Below are positions 38,725 to 54,829 of a DNA stretch of 64,000 nt, in pieces. How positions within the stretch are numbered: the stretch's first letter is position 1; each line of letters begins with the position of its first letter. Position numbers and translations under genes: made by a program. The stretch comes from Patellaria atrata CBS 101060 (taxonomy: Eukaryota): NCBI GenBank assembly GCA_010093705.1, contig MU006094.1, positions 48,020 through 112,019 on the forward strand. The letters are read 5' to 3'. Under the pieces are notes generated by a model. It ran no database searches. It saw only the letters and a list, made by a program, of their open reading frames with translations, and had not been told where the DNA came from.

Positions 38725-40384
38725 CTACATCTTCCACCCCCACCCCTCCCGTGAAACCCCCGAACAAACCCTCCACCAAACCAACCTCAGCAACTCCCTT
38801 CCCTTACCCTTGGCCATATTCTTACCCTTCGCCCCCATCTCCACCACCTCCTTCTCCTCCACCTTCTTTTCCACATCCAACCTGTCCCTCATCCTCCTCA
38901 ACCTCCATTCCAACCCCCCCAGTCCCCGCATCCCTCCTAGCGGACTCACCTCTACGCTTCCACCGAACGAAACCGTTGGCGAGGGCGTCTCAAGCCCCAT
39001 CTCGTCGCAGAAAAACCGCCCCAGTAGCCCGTTGCGCAGGAAGATGGGGTGGGGCGTCCGCGGCGGAGCTTCCCAGGATTCCTCTTGGAGGGAAGGGGGA
39101 GTATGGGTGGGATGGAGGGTTTGTATGCGAAGAGGACAAGAGAAAGGGGGAGAAAGGGAGGAAGGGGAAGGAGGAGAGGAAGAGGATGATGGGGAAGAGG
39201 ACGATGTGGAAGAGGACGATGGGGAAGAGGACGATAGGGAAGAGGATGATGGGGAAGAGAATGATGGGGAAGAAGATGATGGGGAAGAGGATGTGAGGAC
39301 GTTACCCCAAGCGATGGAAAGAGGACGCGAGGGGTCGAAGGGGAAGGGTGGTATCATTTCCATTCTCGGAGATTTACGGGCGGGGGTGGGATTGGTGGGG
39401 GGTGGCGGGCGGGGGGAAAGATGCGCAGTTCTCGAGGTGGAGGACGATGGGGACTTCCATCGATGTGATGGTTGTGCGGTAGTGCTTCCGCTCGTGGTCG
39501 TGGTTTTTGGGGGGTGCTTGGGGTGGTGCTTTCGTGGCTGGGCTTACCTTTGCTTTGGCTTTTTCTTCTTTTATCCTCCGTGCGTGTTCGTGCGGTAGTG
39601 GGGGTAATGCCGCGTTTAGGGAGAGAGGAGAAGTTTTGGGACTCAGTTTGTGCTTTGTTGTTGGCTTGTTAAGCCCTGGATGGAGGTTTTCTGGAGAGGC
39701 ATGTGAAGATGTGGATCTCGATCGCTTTGGTGGGTCTGAGAAATTGAAGGATTTACGGAATGGATATTTGGACTGGTTGAGGGCTGATTTTGGAACCACT
39801 GGGGGTATTAACGATTTACTATTTCTTTCGGTTGAATCTTTATATCCAGTAGGTGATAGAAGGGGAGCTGTGTTTGAGGTTTTGGAGACCACTGAATCTT
39901 CCTTGACCTGGGAGGAATTCGGATCCTTGTCGATGACAATCGTACCGCTCTTAGCTGTCGATGTGAGAACCACTTGATCCGTTCCCTCATGTACTGAATC
40001 CATTCTGGCTGTGCCCTTCCACTTCCTCAACATCAGGGGTTCCGGTATACAAGACTTCCGTCTTCCGAAATCATGAGATGGGGAGGGAGGGGGATAAAGG
40101 GAATGAGAGACAAGAGCCGCTGAAGACATATTTGATAACGTACTCGGCCGTTTACTTTCGGGACGGCACTGAAACTTTTGTGGTGCCGCGTCACTATTTG
40201 CGGAGTTTGGAGGACTGTTGTGTATTTGGGATGTAGGACTATAATAAGGAGAGGAATGGGACACCGAGGCCCGCTCGTAGCATCCACGGATGCATTGGCG
40301 AAACATCTCAATCCCAGTTTCGATGCCATACAGCAGCTCTGCAACGTCAAGCGGATCTTGATGTGGTGAGGAATAATAAGCCAT
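38725..40384 (-). CDS. hypothetical Ser/Pro-rich protein, apparently split by a frameshift or intron near 39370
   Basis: Consecutive same-strand ORFs 39374-40450 and 38725-39363 with protein-like segments. The break lies next to G homopolymers. Confidence 0.45.
39182..39293. repeat. 15 bp minisatellite (GAGGAYGATGGGGAA) x ~7.5
   Basis: Direct tandem units visible. They encode a Ser/Pro run on the minus strand. Confidence 0.9.
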
Positions 40385-41384
40385 ATGGGTAAATGATAAA
40401 AAGAACCCGCTTCGAGATGTTTGAATAAGTGTTGTAAAACAAGGACTCACCTCTGACTTGAGGAATCAAATTACATAGACTAGGTTAAAAGAGAATACAC
40501 TGGTTAAAATACGATTCAGAGAGTTTAAAGAGTACCGATTATCTATGAGAATTTGAACATATATCATCTGGTTGGATAGTGACTTATAAGAAATATGTGA
40601 CACGGCTTCGTGTTCCATTGTTCTCCTTGTCTTTATTTTCGGCTGAGTAGTTCTTCCAGATACGACCGTGAACAAGGGGTAAAATGTATAAACAAAGAAC
40701 AGACTGGTTACCCCTATCTTTATCCCACGATTCTTTGTCGTCAATCCTTTGGATCTAGTTTTGCGAGATATAGTGACTGTATCTTCTGATCTTGTTGTTG
40801 ATACTAACTGATGACATAAGAGTAGATTTCTTCGAACCATGTCGAAGTCTTGGACAAGCTGTTTAATTGAGGATCATTCTAGGACTCTCTTTACCCCTTT
40901 GGATGCTTAGCTTAGCAACTCTTCAGTAACGAAAAGGAAATCTGCGACCTAGGATTTGAAGACTTGCATGTAGTAGCTTCTCGGAAAGACACTGCTATAT
41001 TGGAGTAAATACGCCGCGCAGAGAGTATGTTTAGTACGCTAATCAAACATGACGCTGAGAGTGGTTCGGTCTCCTGTCAAATGCTTCGGAACCTCGCAAA
41101 ACCTCCCACCTCAGCGCGTCAAGAAAAATTATAAGGTCAGATGACCAAGATTGAGATTAGCAAACTTTGATGGCAGCAAAAATTGAACCTAATTGATATG
41201 ATAAATGGCCAACGGCTCATGGAAGTACCATGGGTGGCGAGGTGAGGCGTACCTGCGTGACTGCGTCGAAAAACTATATATATTCGCACTTTCCATTTTC
41301 CAATATGTAAAATCTTTGCGGAGTATAATTTATATTCGGACGATTTGACTCAATTAAAATGCTAATCGATATTTCTAGTTCAAA

Positions 41385-42527
41385 ATGTCTACACAACCCA
41401 CCCCCGATAACTTCACCTACCAGCTCACTCCTATTGAGTACCTCCGAACAAGAGTTGCATATGGATTATCGTTAAATCCTCCTGCACTTGCATCTATACT
41501 CATCCTGCTTGTTAGGAAGGGAACGATTGAGAGGATCATAGGGAAGATCTGCCATAATGGAGTACCGCTGCCAGGGGAAATACAACTGCTCATCGTCGAA
41601 AGATGGCTCCAGGATAACTTCCCGAGTATCCAAAAGTATGTGAACTCTCGACCTGACTTAGTTGAGTATCGTCCTTTCCACTGGAGCGTCCAAACCCCCC
41701 CCCCTGAGCTGGTGGTGAGGATAGACGAGAAACTTCGCGACTTATGTGTAAGTGATCTAATTCATTCCTTTTCGACGTACTGAGCCCGTTACTGACACGG
41801 GAAGTACGGATACGGCATTAGATTTGCAACGTTTTCCCACCTCCTCATAGAACCAAAGGGTATACCGATCAAGGTTCCCCGGAAAAGATTCTTTCTGATT
41901 TTCGGCCACCACGCCAATGTCGTCATCTGCGACCATGAAAAGGCCGAATATCTGCGAAGTTTACACCGGACCCTGGGTAAAGAGACATCAGCCATGCCTC
42001 GCAAACGTTACGGGCCTTGGAATCGGGAAGCTCATGAACAAACCGATGAATTCGCACTGGAGATCAGATACAACGATCAGTTAGGCCACCTAACTCCAAT
42101 AGAAGTGCAGAAAATGCACTATGATATAGAGCGAAGTAGAGATGTTTCCGTATCACGATTTCGAAAATTTCCCGCCATGCGCGAGTACGTTCCAAACCTT
42201 ACTGAGGATGAAACAAACAAATGGGTAAGGAGGTACCGATCAACACCGTTCAACCACCTTTCTCTCTATGCAGGCATCCAGATTCCTAAAGCTTTCAAGT
42301 ATAGGATAGAAGTTGATAATCTTCCGGGTGAATGGAAGTTTAAGTACCAGTCAGCTCCAAAGATGCCTCCAGTGGTGAATCAATACGAACCGTCCTTTTT
42401 AGTCATCACGGAAATTCTCCGACAAGGTTGTTATCAGGAAAACGAATTGCGGGTCCTAGCAATTGCCGATCCATTTTGGGCGCCACCTCCATGGGTTCAG
42501 TTTTTGATGGCATCGAAGCGGGTGTGA
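41385..42527 (+). CDS. orphan hypothetical protein (one intron)
   Basis: ATG in a CAAAATG context, ORFs 41385-41783 and 41994-42527, intron GTAAGT(41748)...TACTGAC...AAG(~41804), and a TATA-like CTATATATA at ~41275. Confidence 0.55.
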
Positions 42528-42859
42528 TAATTGATTCAAAAGAGTGAATTGTGTTGTTTTTGAAGCTTTTGCTTTCGGTTACTACAATTGCGGATATTTA
42601 TTATCTAGGGGCGCAAAGCTTTGAGGGGTGAATTGAACTTTCATAGGGTATTCTATAGGCGTGCTAGGGCATAGCTATGTATTCTATATACAAGCCAACC
42701 TCAAGTTTAAGTTCCTCGAATCCTGCTCCCATTTCCTTGACATTGTCTCTGACCACCGGTTTTAGCAACCTGTTGAACACTTCTAGGAGACTGAAGAGTT
42801 GGAGCCTATCGTAGGGTAAGTGTTAAAGGTTGTTGAAGAGGAGTAGACCAAGTCTCCCG

Positions 42860-45800
42860 TTAATCGTCGAGCTGTGCTTCAAGTTCGTCTCCGACTGCAG
42901 AAGCACTTTCGTCACCGTTCGCACTCATCCTCTCTAATTGATCGGAAACGTAGTGCGCAATCTTCTCGTCGGCTTCTTCTTTCTCTTTAAGCCCTTCAGC
43001 ATCAAGATAGCCGACAGAATTAATTCTGATCATCGGAGTACGCCGTGGATCCTCGCCATCAGCATGGTCACCATTTGTAGGCTCTTCCCAGTCGGTCCGG
43101 AAGCCGATTGAGCGGTTAGTCGAAGAACGTCGGAGTCCACCATGAGGCTTAGCGCCGAAAGTTTTACGACGATGAAAAATGTCGTCAAAATAATGACTGG
43201 CAGCCGTGGAAGGTGTTCGTGGAGTTTGAGGTAGACGGCAATTGACCCTATATAAAGCATTAGTAGAAGTATCACACTTTTTTTTTTTTTTTTCTGGAAT
43301 ATGCAACCTACCCGGTGTCATGAATCATCTTGGCAACAAGGCCTGTCCAACCACATTGATGACTTGCACCAAGACCCCGACCGGTATCACCATCGAAGAA
43401 CTCGAAGAACCACACGTGATCTTTCCAATTGGGATCGTAATTCAACATCTCGTTGCCGGCATTGATAGCCCTCTTTCCTTCATCACAGCGAGTGAACAGA
43501 TGCTGAAGTCGATGCTGTAACTCTTGAGCTACATGTCCAAGATGCATGTAGTCTCCGGAACCCTTGGGACACTCCACCTGCAGGTTATTGCCGTAGAACA
43601 TATAAAACCGAAGGAGAGATTCAATGAGGAGGAAATTAACGGCAATCCAGATAGGACCCCGCCAATTACTGTTACCACCGAAAAGACCACTGTTTGAGTC
43701 GCCTGGGACATATCCTACTTCAAAGCGTTGTCCGTTTACGTCCATAGAGTAAGGGTGATCCTTATGGTACTTCGACAGTGAACGAATTCCAAACTCGCTG
43801 AGGAATTCATCTTCATCCAACATGCGATCTAGGATCCTCTTCAAACGTTCTTCACTGACTAGGGAGAGTAACAATCGATCACCCTTACCACGGCGGTCCA
43901 ACTTTGCAATATTGCGCTGTGCGACATCATTGCGATTCTCTAGGAACCAATTGAGTCGTTTCTTGAACTGTGGCAACCTATCGATAATCTCCGGTTCCAG
44001 AGTAAGCGTCGCATACATGGGTATCAGGCCTACAAGAGATCTGACCGGCATCTGATGGCTCCAAGGACCGCCCCAACTGATCGCATCATAATAGAAACCG
44101 TCCTCATCGTTCCATAAAGACTTCGCTTCGCCTCCGGTGCGATATTGCATAGCATCACTGATTAGAATGAAATGCTCGAAGAACTTGGTTGCCATATCCT
44201 CATAGATTCGGCGATGCTTTGCAAGTTCCAGACAGATGTTGAGCATACAAAGACAATAGAAAGCCATCCAACCGGTGCTGTCAGCTTGTTCTAGGACACC
44301 TCCTGTGGGAAGTGGATCGGATCGGTTGAAGAGACCAATGTTATCCAGACCTAAGAAACCGCCTTCGAAGATGTTTTTACCATCGAAGTCTTTTCGGTTT
44401 ACCCACCAGGTGAAGTTCAATAGCAACTTTTGAAAGACTCGTTCCAAGAAATCAAGGTCTTCACGTCCGTACATCTTCCTTTCGATCTTGAATGTCCTGA
44501 AAACAGACCATGCGTGCACTGGCGGATTGACGTCACCGAAATTCCACTCATACGCCGGGATTTGACCATTGGGGTGCATATACCACTCTCTTGTGAATAG
44601 GTCAAGTTGGCCCTTTGCAAATTCTGGATCGATCATGGCCAGAGTTATGCAGTGGAATGCGCTATCCCAAGCAGCGAAAAAGGGGTATTCCCATGAGTCA
44701 GGCATCGATAGAATATCCTCGAGATACATATGTTTCCATTGCTGGTTGCGAATATTCTTCCGGCTTGCAGGAGGTGGTGGTTGTCCGGGATCTCCATTCC
44801 GCCAGTGATCCCAGTTGAAATGGTAGAACTGTTTACACCATAGCATACCCGCGAATGCTTGTCGCTGAATGTTTCTCAGGTCGTCCGCCATTGGCATGGG
44901 ACTAACTCGCCAATAGAACTCATCAGCTTCTGCTCTCCTCTGCTCCATGATGTCATCGAAAAGTTCCTCATCGACGTAGTCTTCGTATCGCCTCGAAAAT
45001 CTAAAACGAACAACTGCACATTCGCCTGGAGCAACTCCGTCACCTTCGTCAAATGCATACCAGGCAGCACACTTTGTTCCAGTCTTCTGTGGGTTCACTG
45101 CACTCTGTTCGTTGTCGACGATATACCTGTGGAACGCGTCTTTGACGTACGGGGTCCTGTTAGTGCCACCATAAAGCTTCTTGAAGTTCGTTTCGTTTTC
45201 TGTGAAAAGCCACTGTGGTTGTACGTCTTGGCCACTCCGTCCGATTCCAGGTGATGGCGATAGTTGGATATATCGATCTCCGAGCTTGTGGTGCTTCGAT
45301 TGGGCTGTGGTCGGTGCAACATAACGTATGGAAGGCTTTTTGCTGACTGGTTCATGTCCCCAGCCCCAAGTATTTCTGAACCAGACGTGCGGAACGATAT
45401 GCAAGGGTGCAGGTTCGGGACCCCGGTTGTAGGCCGTCACTCGAAATAGAAGCTCCTCCTCGTCATCGGCTTCCTTTGCAGTCTCGATAAAAATGTCCCA
45501 ATACCTGTCATCGTCAAAGATTCCACTGTCGACGATATTGTACTCCTTGTCCTGCTTCCCGCGTCGAGCATTTTCCTTGATTAGGTCATCGTAAGGAAAC
45601 CGCTTCTGAGGATATTTGTAAAGAAACTTCATGTACGAATGCTACAGCTCATTAGTGGGATTCGAATGAGAACAGGTGTAAATACCCACAGTCGGGACAT
45701 TGTCGAGGTGAAAGTGAGCCTCCTTCAGACTTTCACCGTGGTTGCCTTGTGGGTTCGATAGGCCGAAAAGACGCTCTTTGAGAAAATCACTGCACTCGAT

Positions 45801-46283
45801 CAGTGACTGCGTCCCTTTCAGATCCCGGATCGCCTACTCTTTTTCATTCCAGAAGGCAAAGGCAATGTTCTGCAGGCCATGAGTATCCGAAACACCGGCG
45901 ATGCCGTCCTCGCCCCATCTGAAAGTTCTCGATCGTGCCATATCATGTGTGAAATCTAGGTATAGCTTATTAGTATCATCGGAAGTATATAAGTGTTACG
46001 AGGAAACATACGACTCCATGCATCGCCATCATGCCTGGTAGTCCTTAGTTAGTATGTATAATGAGATGTGCGGACTTTTCAGAAACTCACGAGTAATCTT
46101 CTCGGACTAAGAAATAGTGTCAGTATGTACTTAAAATAGGAGTTTCCAGGACTACAAACCAGTTGCCCATTGCCGTTCAGCGACGTAAGGTCCCCATTTC
46201 TTCCAATACCTCGAGCGTTCTTTGTCCTCTCTTAACCTCTTTTCCTCTTCAGAGAGGATTTCCTGATGATCAATTTGAACCAT
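42860..46283 (-). CDS. glycoside hydrolase family 63-like glucosidase (YMR196W-like)
   Basis: [76 protein letters not shown] and [17 protein letters not shown]. Several short 5' exons and an intron at ~43245-43310. Confidence 0.92.
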
Positions 46284-47380
46284 TATAGCGGTCCAGGAAA
46301 GTTTCAAAGATCAATGGCAATGCAAAAGCAGGATTGTAGCGAGAATGTTTATTCGAGTGGAACGGAGCGGAGTGGTAAGTAAGACGATAAGTACGGTATT
46401 CTTTGTGGTTGGCTTGATAAAAATGATAGGAGGTGCTCAATTGAGATACAACAATAAGGACAAAGGTATAGAGTGAGGGTTGATGAGAAAGTGTAAGAAT
46501 AAGGAAGAGGGAAATGCAGTTAGGCTTTATGACATTTTCCTGCCTGGCGCGCAAATACGGTATTAATGCAGGAACGACGCGATGTCAGGCCTTCGAAGTT
46601 ATCGCAATCGAGTTTTTCTCAACTGAAACCCATGGCGGCGGGCAACTGCAGCTGGTTGATCCCAGTAGCTCTAAGTAGGACTTGCCCGCACCGCCATTTC
46701 ACTCAAACTTCGGTATCCTGCCTTCTCTATACTTTGTATGAAAAGGCTCCTTCTTCTTATGCTTGTTTGCTGTTTCCACTACTGGAATACAGCAGGTACG
46801 GTACGGTACAGTACCTTGAACAAGCAATCGTGTCGAGGCGGGACATTCGGAAAAAAAACGAAGTTACTCAGTAGGCGAGACAAATATGCTCAATGACGAT
46901 CATACCCGCGTGGGAGAACCGCGGTAGCTGACCGTATGGCCTAGAACCTGTTTGTTACGGAGTATAGAATGAGTGTTATCTTTATCTTGAGTTGATATTA
47001 TCGTACAAGTAGTTTTAATTAAGGTCATGGAACCGTGACGTCTACTCTCTCGTAAAGCTGTACAAGCATGTTTCCACATAGGGTATATCCTTACGCATAT
47101 TTACTTATAGGTGCTCCCATGAAAGTACCTTATTGTAGGGATATCGTACAGAACCGTTGTAGGTAGATATTGTAGCTATTACTATCCCTTCCTATCCACC
47201 CAATCATAGACTAGATGATAGATGTCTCCGCACGCACCATATGATCGCGTAATACCTCAACTTGCACCAAATCTCTGCGGTGCCGGAAACTGACAACCAT
47301 CACGACCTTCTCTGCTAAAAATTTCTATATCGTCCTACTGTATCCACTTCGCGAAAAAGACCGAAAACCGCTTCGCCAGG

Positions 47381-48381
47381 ATGTCAACAAGTACAGTTTC
47401 TCGTGCAACAATTCGAGCTGTTTCGAAGTCTCGTCCTTCCACATCCTCTGCAAGAGCGGCATGCAGACTCATAACGACACACACCACACCACGATACCTT
47501 CATTACGCCGCTGCATCATCTCCTATTATTCCCGCAACTAGACAGCATAGACCTACTCTACGATCATGGAGTCAGCAGCAGCATGTATCACCAGGAAGAC
47601 GGACTATATTCATTCAGACCGAAGACACTCCCAACGAAGATGTAAGACTGGTCAATTTCACTAACATGTTGTTAATTGATATCTAACAAGTATATAGGCT
47701 CTCAAATTCAAACCAAACCATCGCGTACTCCCTGAAAACATTGGCTCGAGTCTGGAGTACTCCAGCCCTCGTTCTACCCTCGCCCCGCCGCATCCTTCCC
47801 CGCTTGCGGCACAGCTCATGAACATCGACGGCGTGACGAATGTCTTCTTCGGCCATGATTTTATTACCGTCACAAAAGATAGCTCTGTCCCATGGCCGCA
47901 CGTCAAAGCAGAGATCTTCTCTTTAATCACTGAATACATCACCGCGGGTAAGAGCATGATCAATACAGTGGATAACCCAACCGGAGAAGCCGGACAGGGT
48001 AACTCGCCAGGCGACTCTCTTGCATATAATGAAGATGATGATGAGGTCGTCCAGATGATAAAAGAACTGCTGGAAACCCGGATTCGACCGGCAATTATGG
48101 AAGATGGCGGAGATATTGAATTCTGCGGTTTTGAAGATGGATATGTAAAGTTGAGATTGAGAGGCGCTTGCAAAGGATGTGATAAGAGCGCTATAACTTT
48201 ACAGAATGGAATTGAGAGTATGATGATGCATTATATCAGTGAGGTAAAAGGGGTACAGCAAGTGCTCAGCCCGGAAGATGATATTTCGCAGAAGGAGTTT
48301 CAAAAGTTTGAGGAGAAGTTACTGAAGACCAAAGGTCCAGATGCTATAGCCAGCACCAGTTGGGACCGAGTGGAACCTTAA
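47381..48381 (+). CDS. NFU1: mitochondrial NifU-like Fe-S scaffold/carrier Nfu1
   Basis: IFIQTEDTPNED^ALKFKP, VFFGHDFITVTK, IKELLETRIRPAIMEDGGDI and LRGACKGC (CxxC). Intron ~47642-47697. Confidence 0.95.
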
Positions 48382-48958
48382 GACTGACAGAAATGTTTTG
48401 ACAATACCACCGCTGCTGATTTTATGGATACCGGAGTTGGAAATGTGTAAATAACAATATTACCTACGTAATATTCGGGCATATCAACCCGAAACGATGT
48501 ACTGTACGAGATGACCTTCTTGTATTTATCATATAGTTTCTTCTTGTGAGTGAAGCAAGCTTACAAGGGTAAAAGTTATCCGACCTTTCATTAGACCCGC
48601 CCGTACTATAGAGTTGAACCAGTTCTACCTAATTGCGTCCCCTAGGCTGAACAGTTTGCTTTATGAGAACTATATTCTTGATCAATAATCCTACCTAAAA
48701 CTAAGGTAACCATTCCTCATATTAGAAGTAGGCGGATAGAGGGAAGGAGCAACTGTGCATTTGTGAAGTCTTCACATAAGGTTGTTTCCAAGAGAAGTAA
48801 TTCAAAACTTGTCCCTGCCAAGCACGAATGTGCAAGGGTCCTCGACCTCCACCACAAAGCTCTCGACAATATAAGGTACTCGAGGAACTATATACCCCTC
48901 CACAACAGCCTAGGATGGCGAAATGACCATACCGCAAACCTCAAGATAAACACCTACT

Positions 48959-51244
48959 ATGAATGATGCCGAAGCCGCCACCGTCAAGCTCGCCGAGCTC
49001 CTTCGGCACCCCGAAGACCTTGACAAGATCCCCGCCCTGGTTTCAGAATTCACACGCAAGAAAGCTGCCATAGATTTGCAGCTCCGGGTGGGGCTTAAAG
49101 AGCAGCTCGAAATTACGCAAACTGGTATGAACAGCATCAGCGAGGGCCAGCGCACTGTCAACCTGATTAAAGATGAGATGATGAAGATCGATAAGCTGTG
49201 CGCGGAGGCGCAGAATATGATCAGGGATTTCCCGCACATCAATACGGTGGCACAGACGCATAGGAATTTTGAGTTGGTGGAGAGACTGAAGAGGGATGTG
49301 GAGAGTTTTGATGAGAGGTTGGGGAGTATTGAATATCTCCTGAAGGAGGATGATAGGGAGCAGGAGCTTCAGCCGAATCTGTTGCAGATTCATCGTGAGT
49401 TGACGCAGTTGAGGGATATTAGGGATTCGGCTATGGATAGGGTCAAGGGGGAGGATGATACAGTGTTGGAACTCATTCAGAATTTGAGACTGGAGAGCGG
49501 GAGTACCCTTCAGGACTACTTTGGGAGACTGGATGAGGTTGTGGATTGGTTCGACGAGCATGTTGGGAGTGCTTGCATGAACCTCATCCCTTTAGTCCAC
49601 GCAGGCAATACCGGCCTTATTGTGCGTCTCGCCTTAGTGATACAGGAGGAGGAGAAGAACGACAAGAAAGTCAAGGCCCTGCAAGATGCACAGAGAGAAT
49701 ATAAAGAGCTAGCATCCCGCTTCAAATCCATAGCAACGGGACCCAAAGAGCTACGAGGCTATAAGGAGAAATTTCTGGAAGCTATCAAACTCTCCGCATC
49801 AAACCAAATGGCAATCGCAGACGAGGCATTCCTCGACGACCCCGAGAAGCTGAATAAGGCGATGAAATGGTACTTTAACGACCTCAACACCGTTAAACTG
49901 GGCATGTCCAACCTCATGCCTCGAAAGTGGAAAATCTTCCAAACCTACATCAACATCTACCACAATCTCATGCACGACTTCCTCCTCTCGCACATCAACA
50001 ACGAAGATCTCACCCCTGCGCACATGCTCGCCATCATCCACTGGGAAGAAGCTTACTACACCAAGATGGGCAAGCTCGGAATCCCCGAAGACCAGTTACC
50101 CATGCATTTATTAGACAACCGCGGTCCCGATATCGTCCGTGAATACCGCCAGCTCATTATCAAGGCCGTCGACCAGTGGATGGATCGCATGGGCGTTGTT
50201 GACAAGCAGAACTTTCTCGCGCGTCAAGAAACCGCTTTGGAGGCCGACGAGCAAGGCTGTTTCCGCACCAAGACTCTAGCCGACATGTGGCGCATGTTGC
50301 GCGAGCAGCTTGCCGTCGCCGGCAGCAGCGACCGGCACGACGTCGTCGAAGGTGTTGTAGACGCCATGTTCCGCGCATTACGAGCCCGACAGCAGATGTG
50401 GCAAGAACTCATTGACGCGGAACTAGCGAAATACTCAGCGACAACGGCGGAACCAGAGGGACTCAATGCGCTCCAAGACTGGCTCATAAGTATCGCGAAC
50501 GACCAAATCGTCAACATCGACGACGCCGACGACGGCTCGGACAGAATAAGCCACGTCACACGCTTCACGCGCGAAATCCAACCCCTAATCTCCCCCACCT
50601 ACCTCCCCACCCTGCAATCCCAAACCGAAACCCTCTCGAACGGCTACGTCGACCTAGCGACACACGCGATAAACATCTTCGTCGCGCTGATCTTCGCCCT
50701 CGACTTCCGGCCCATCCTGCCCGAATTCTTCACTCCGTCCTGGTACGGCAAAAAGGGCATGGCGCAGCTCCTCAGTACCTTCGACGACTACCTCTCCGAC
50801 TACCACCCCGTGTTGCACCCGTCGCTGCGCGACGTCCTCCTCGAAGACCTCGCCGACAGCCTCCTGCGCGCCTATCTCCTCGCGGTTCGCAACCGCGGCG
50901 CCCGCTTCCGCCGCGCCGACCCCTGGGTTGACAAGATCCGCGACGACATCACCGCCGTCTTCACCTTCTTCTCTACCCGTGCCGAGGCTAACTTTCCCGA
51001 CATCAAGGCGAAGTGGAAGGCCGTCGATGGCATGGTGAGGCTGGTTGAGTGCGAGAAGGCTGCTGTGGCGGATGTCTGGCGCGGCTTTAAGGAGGAGTGG
51101 TGGGATGCTTCTGCTAGCTGGGCTGAGAGCGTCCTCAGGGCTCGCGACGACTTCGAGAGGGCCATGCTGGCGGGTGTGCGCGCCGGCGCGGCGGACGTCG
51201 AACCCAGGAGGGCCGCGGAAACTATCATGGCGAGGGTGAAGTGA
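48959..51244 (+). CDS. SEC6: exocyst complex component Sec6
   Basis: 761 aa single ORF with KLAELLRHPEDLDKI...EFTRKKAAID, VRLALVIQEEEKNDKK, MPRKWKIF and WLISIANDQI, typical of fungal Sec6. Confidence 0.9.
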   Translation: MNDAEAATVKLAELLRHPEDLDKIPALVSEFTRKKAAIDLQLRVGLKEQLEITQTGMNSISEGQRTVNLIKDEMMKIDKLCAEAQNMIRDFPHINTVAQTHRNFELVERLKRDVESFDERLGSIEYLLKEDDREQELQPNLLQIHRELTQLRDIRDSAMDRVKGEDDTVLELIQNLRLESGSTLQDYFGRLDEVVDWFDEHVGSACMNLIPLVHAGNTGLIVRLALVIQEEEKNDKKVKALQDAQREYKELASRFKSIATGPKELRGYKEKFLEAIKLSASNQMAIADEAFLDDPEKLNKAMKWYFNDLNTVKLGMSNLMPRKWKIFQTYINIYHNLMHDFLLSHINNEDLTPAHMLAIIHWEEAYYTKMGKLGIPEDQLPMHLLDNRGPDIVREYRQLIIKAVDQWMDRMGVVDKQNFLARQETALEADEQGCFRTKTLADMWRMLREQLAVAGSSDRHDVVEGVVDAMFRALRARQQMWQELIDAELAKYSATTAEPEGLNALQDWLISIANDQIVNIDDADDGSDRISHVTRFTREIQPLISPTYLPTLQSQTETLSNGYVDLATHAINIFVALIFALDFRPILPEFFTPSWYGKKGMAQLLSTFDDYLSDYHPVLHPSLRDVLLEDLADSLLRAYLLAVRNRGARFRRADPWVDKIRDDITAVFTFFSTRAEANFPDIKAKWKAVDGMVRLVECEKAAVADVWRGFKEEWWDASASWAESVLRARDDFERAMLAGVRAGAADVEPRRAAETIMARVK

Positions 51245-52001
51245 GCACGGACCCAACCACGGGGGGTAACTTCTTAACCAAAGGGAGCGTCTAGAGCGGG
51301 AGGGCCATCTGGGAGTGGGAGTGGGGGGAGGAGTGGGGGGCCCGCGGAGGCACGGAGGGATCGGCGGAATGCACAGAAGTGCACGGAGGCGGTGCAGTGC
51401 ATTTTCCGTAGCCCTGGAGAGGGCCCGGAGGGGTGGCGGAAGGATTTTTCCTGCAGCCCAGCCGATGGCGTACTTCTCCGGACGTTGGGATAAAATCCCG
51501 GAGGTTTTATTTCGGATCGGAAAGAACGGTGAGTTAGGCGAGTACGGCCCAATGGGTTCCTCTACCTTGCACTACCTATGGCTTCCTCAGTGGAGTTTTT
51601 TTTTTTTATCACTTCACGTCACGGGATATAGTTCCCGATGAATTGCCAAAGGTTCCGATTGAACGATGTACACGTAATTTCATCGCTATTCTGTAGATAT
51701 ACCAATAAGATCAAAGGCCAAATCCGAGATCTATTTTTAGATAAAACTTTTTTCGAATGTTATCGATCCCCTTCTTTTTTGTCTTATGTGCAGGTTAAAA
51801 ACAGATCTCTAAAACCACAAAGATGCTATGTACCCTGAAACAGGCATCAGGCGAATTCGAAACCGCCCAATAGCGGATGAAAAAAGACTCCGGATCCCCC
51901 CTGCCGAAGAGTGAAAAAGATGGTAGGAAATAATGGAGAGCCATATGCCGCGTAACAAAAGACCGAATCGGGAAAATGTCTATATTTTCTCAGCCTCCCC
52001 C

Positions 52002-54253
<2,252 letters not shown>

Positions 54254-54304
54254 TGTGGGGATGGGTCAATGTGAGGCGGCGGGGTCGTGTGAGGTATGAT
54301 ATAA

Positions 54305-54310
54305 GAGTCA
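54305..54310 (-). promoter_or_regulatory. possible CpcA/Gcn4 (cross-pathway control) core site TGACTC upstream of homocitrate synthase
   Basis: GAGTCA on the + strand ~50 bp upstream of the ATG of an amino-acid biosynthesis gene. A 6-mer can occur by chance. Confidence 0.3.
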
Positions 54311-54768
54311 AAGTGGGAAGGACTTTGTTCTATTAGAGACAGAGTGCAATTGAGAGAGTGGCGTGTAAGGGAGGAGTGTTGAATTTATCTAATCTTGGGG
54401 GAGAGGGAGTTGTTTAAGTGATATAGTAGTCGGGGAGTGGAAGTATTTCAATTATGACTGTGTCATGTCCTTCAGGACGAATTGACGTGGATGTGAAAAA
54501 AAATGGAAATTTCCGCGCTTCTGCACTTTCTGCACAGAAGGTCCGGTCGGTGTGGGGAATCCTTGGGAGGGGTTCAAGGATAGATGCCACCGAGGCCACC
54601 ACCGCCCTGCCACCAAGAAGTACGCACAACCGATCTCGCAATTCCTTGATCCTTACGGCCAAGCGCCCTTTAGCTTTTCTTTGGGTTCACGGGGCCTTGT
54701 GGACTTGTTGTGGCCTTGGGCCGTACGTGCGCCGAAACAACGACCGCATCTTGGACCTTCCTGACCAT

Positions 54769-54829
54769 TATTCTCCCACCTACTCCCATACTCCCATACT
54801 CCCATACTCCCATTCTCCCATACTCCCCC
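54769..54829. repeat. 8 bp tandem repeat (TACTCCCA)n
   Basis: About seven imperfect units visible. Confidence 0.85.

Noticed and set aside
36615..39598. Long plus-strand ORFs 36615-37286, 38751-39296 and 38810-39598
   Set aside because: They arise from low-complexity skewed sequence, the minisatellite and the N gap. They overlap more plausible minus-strand frames.
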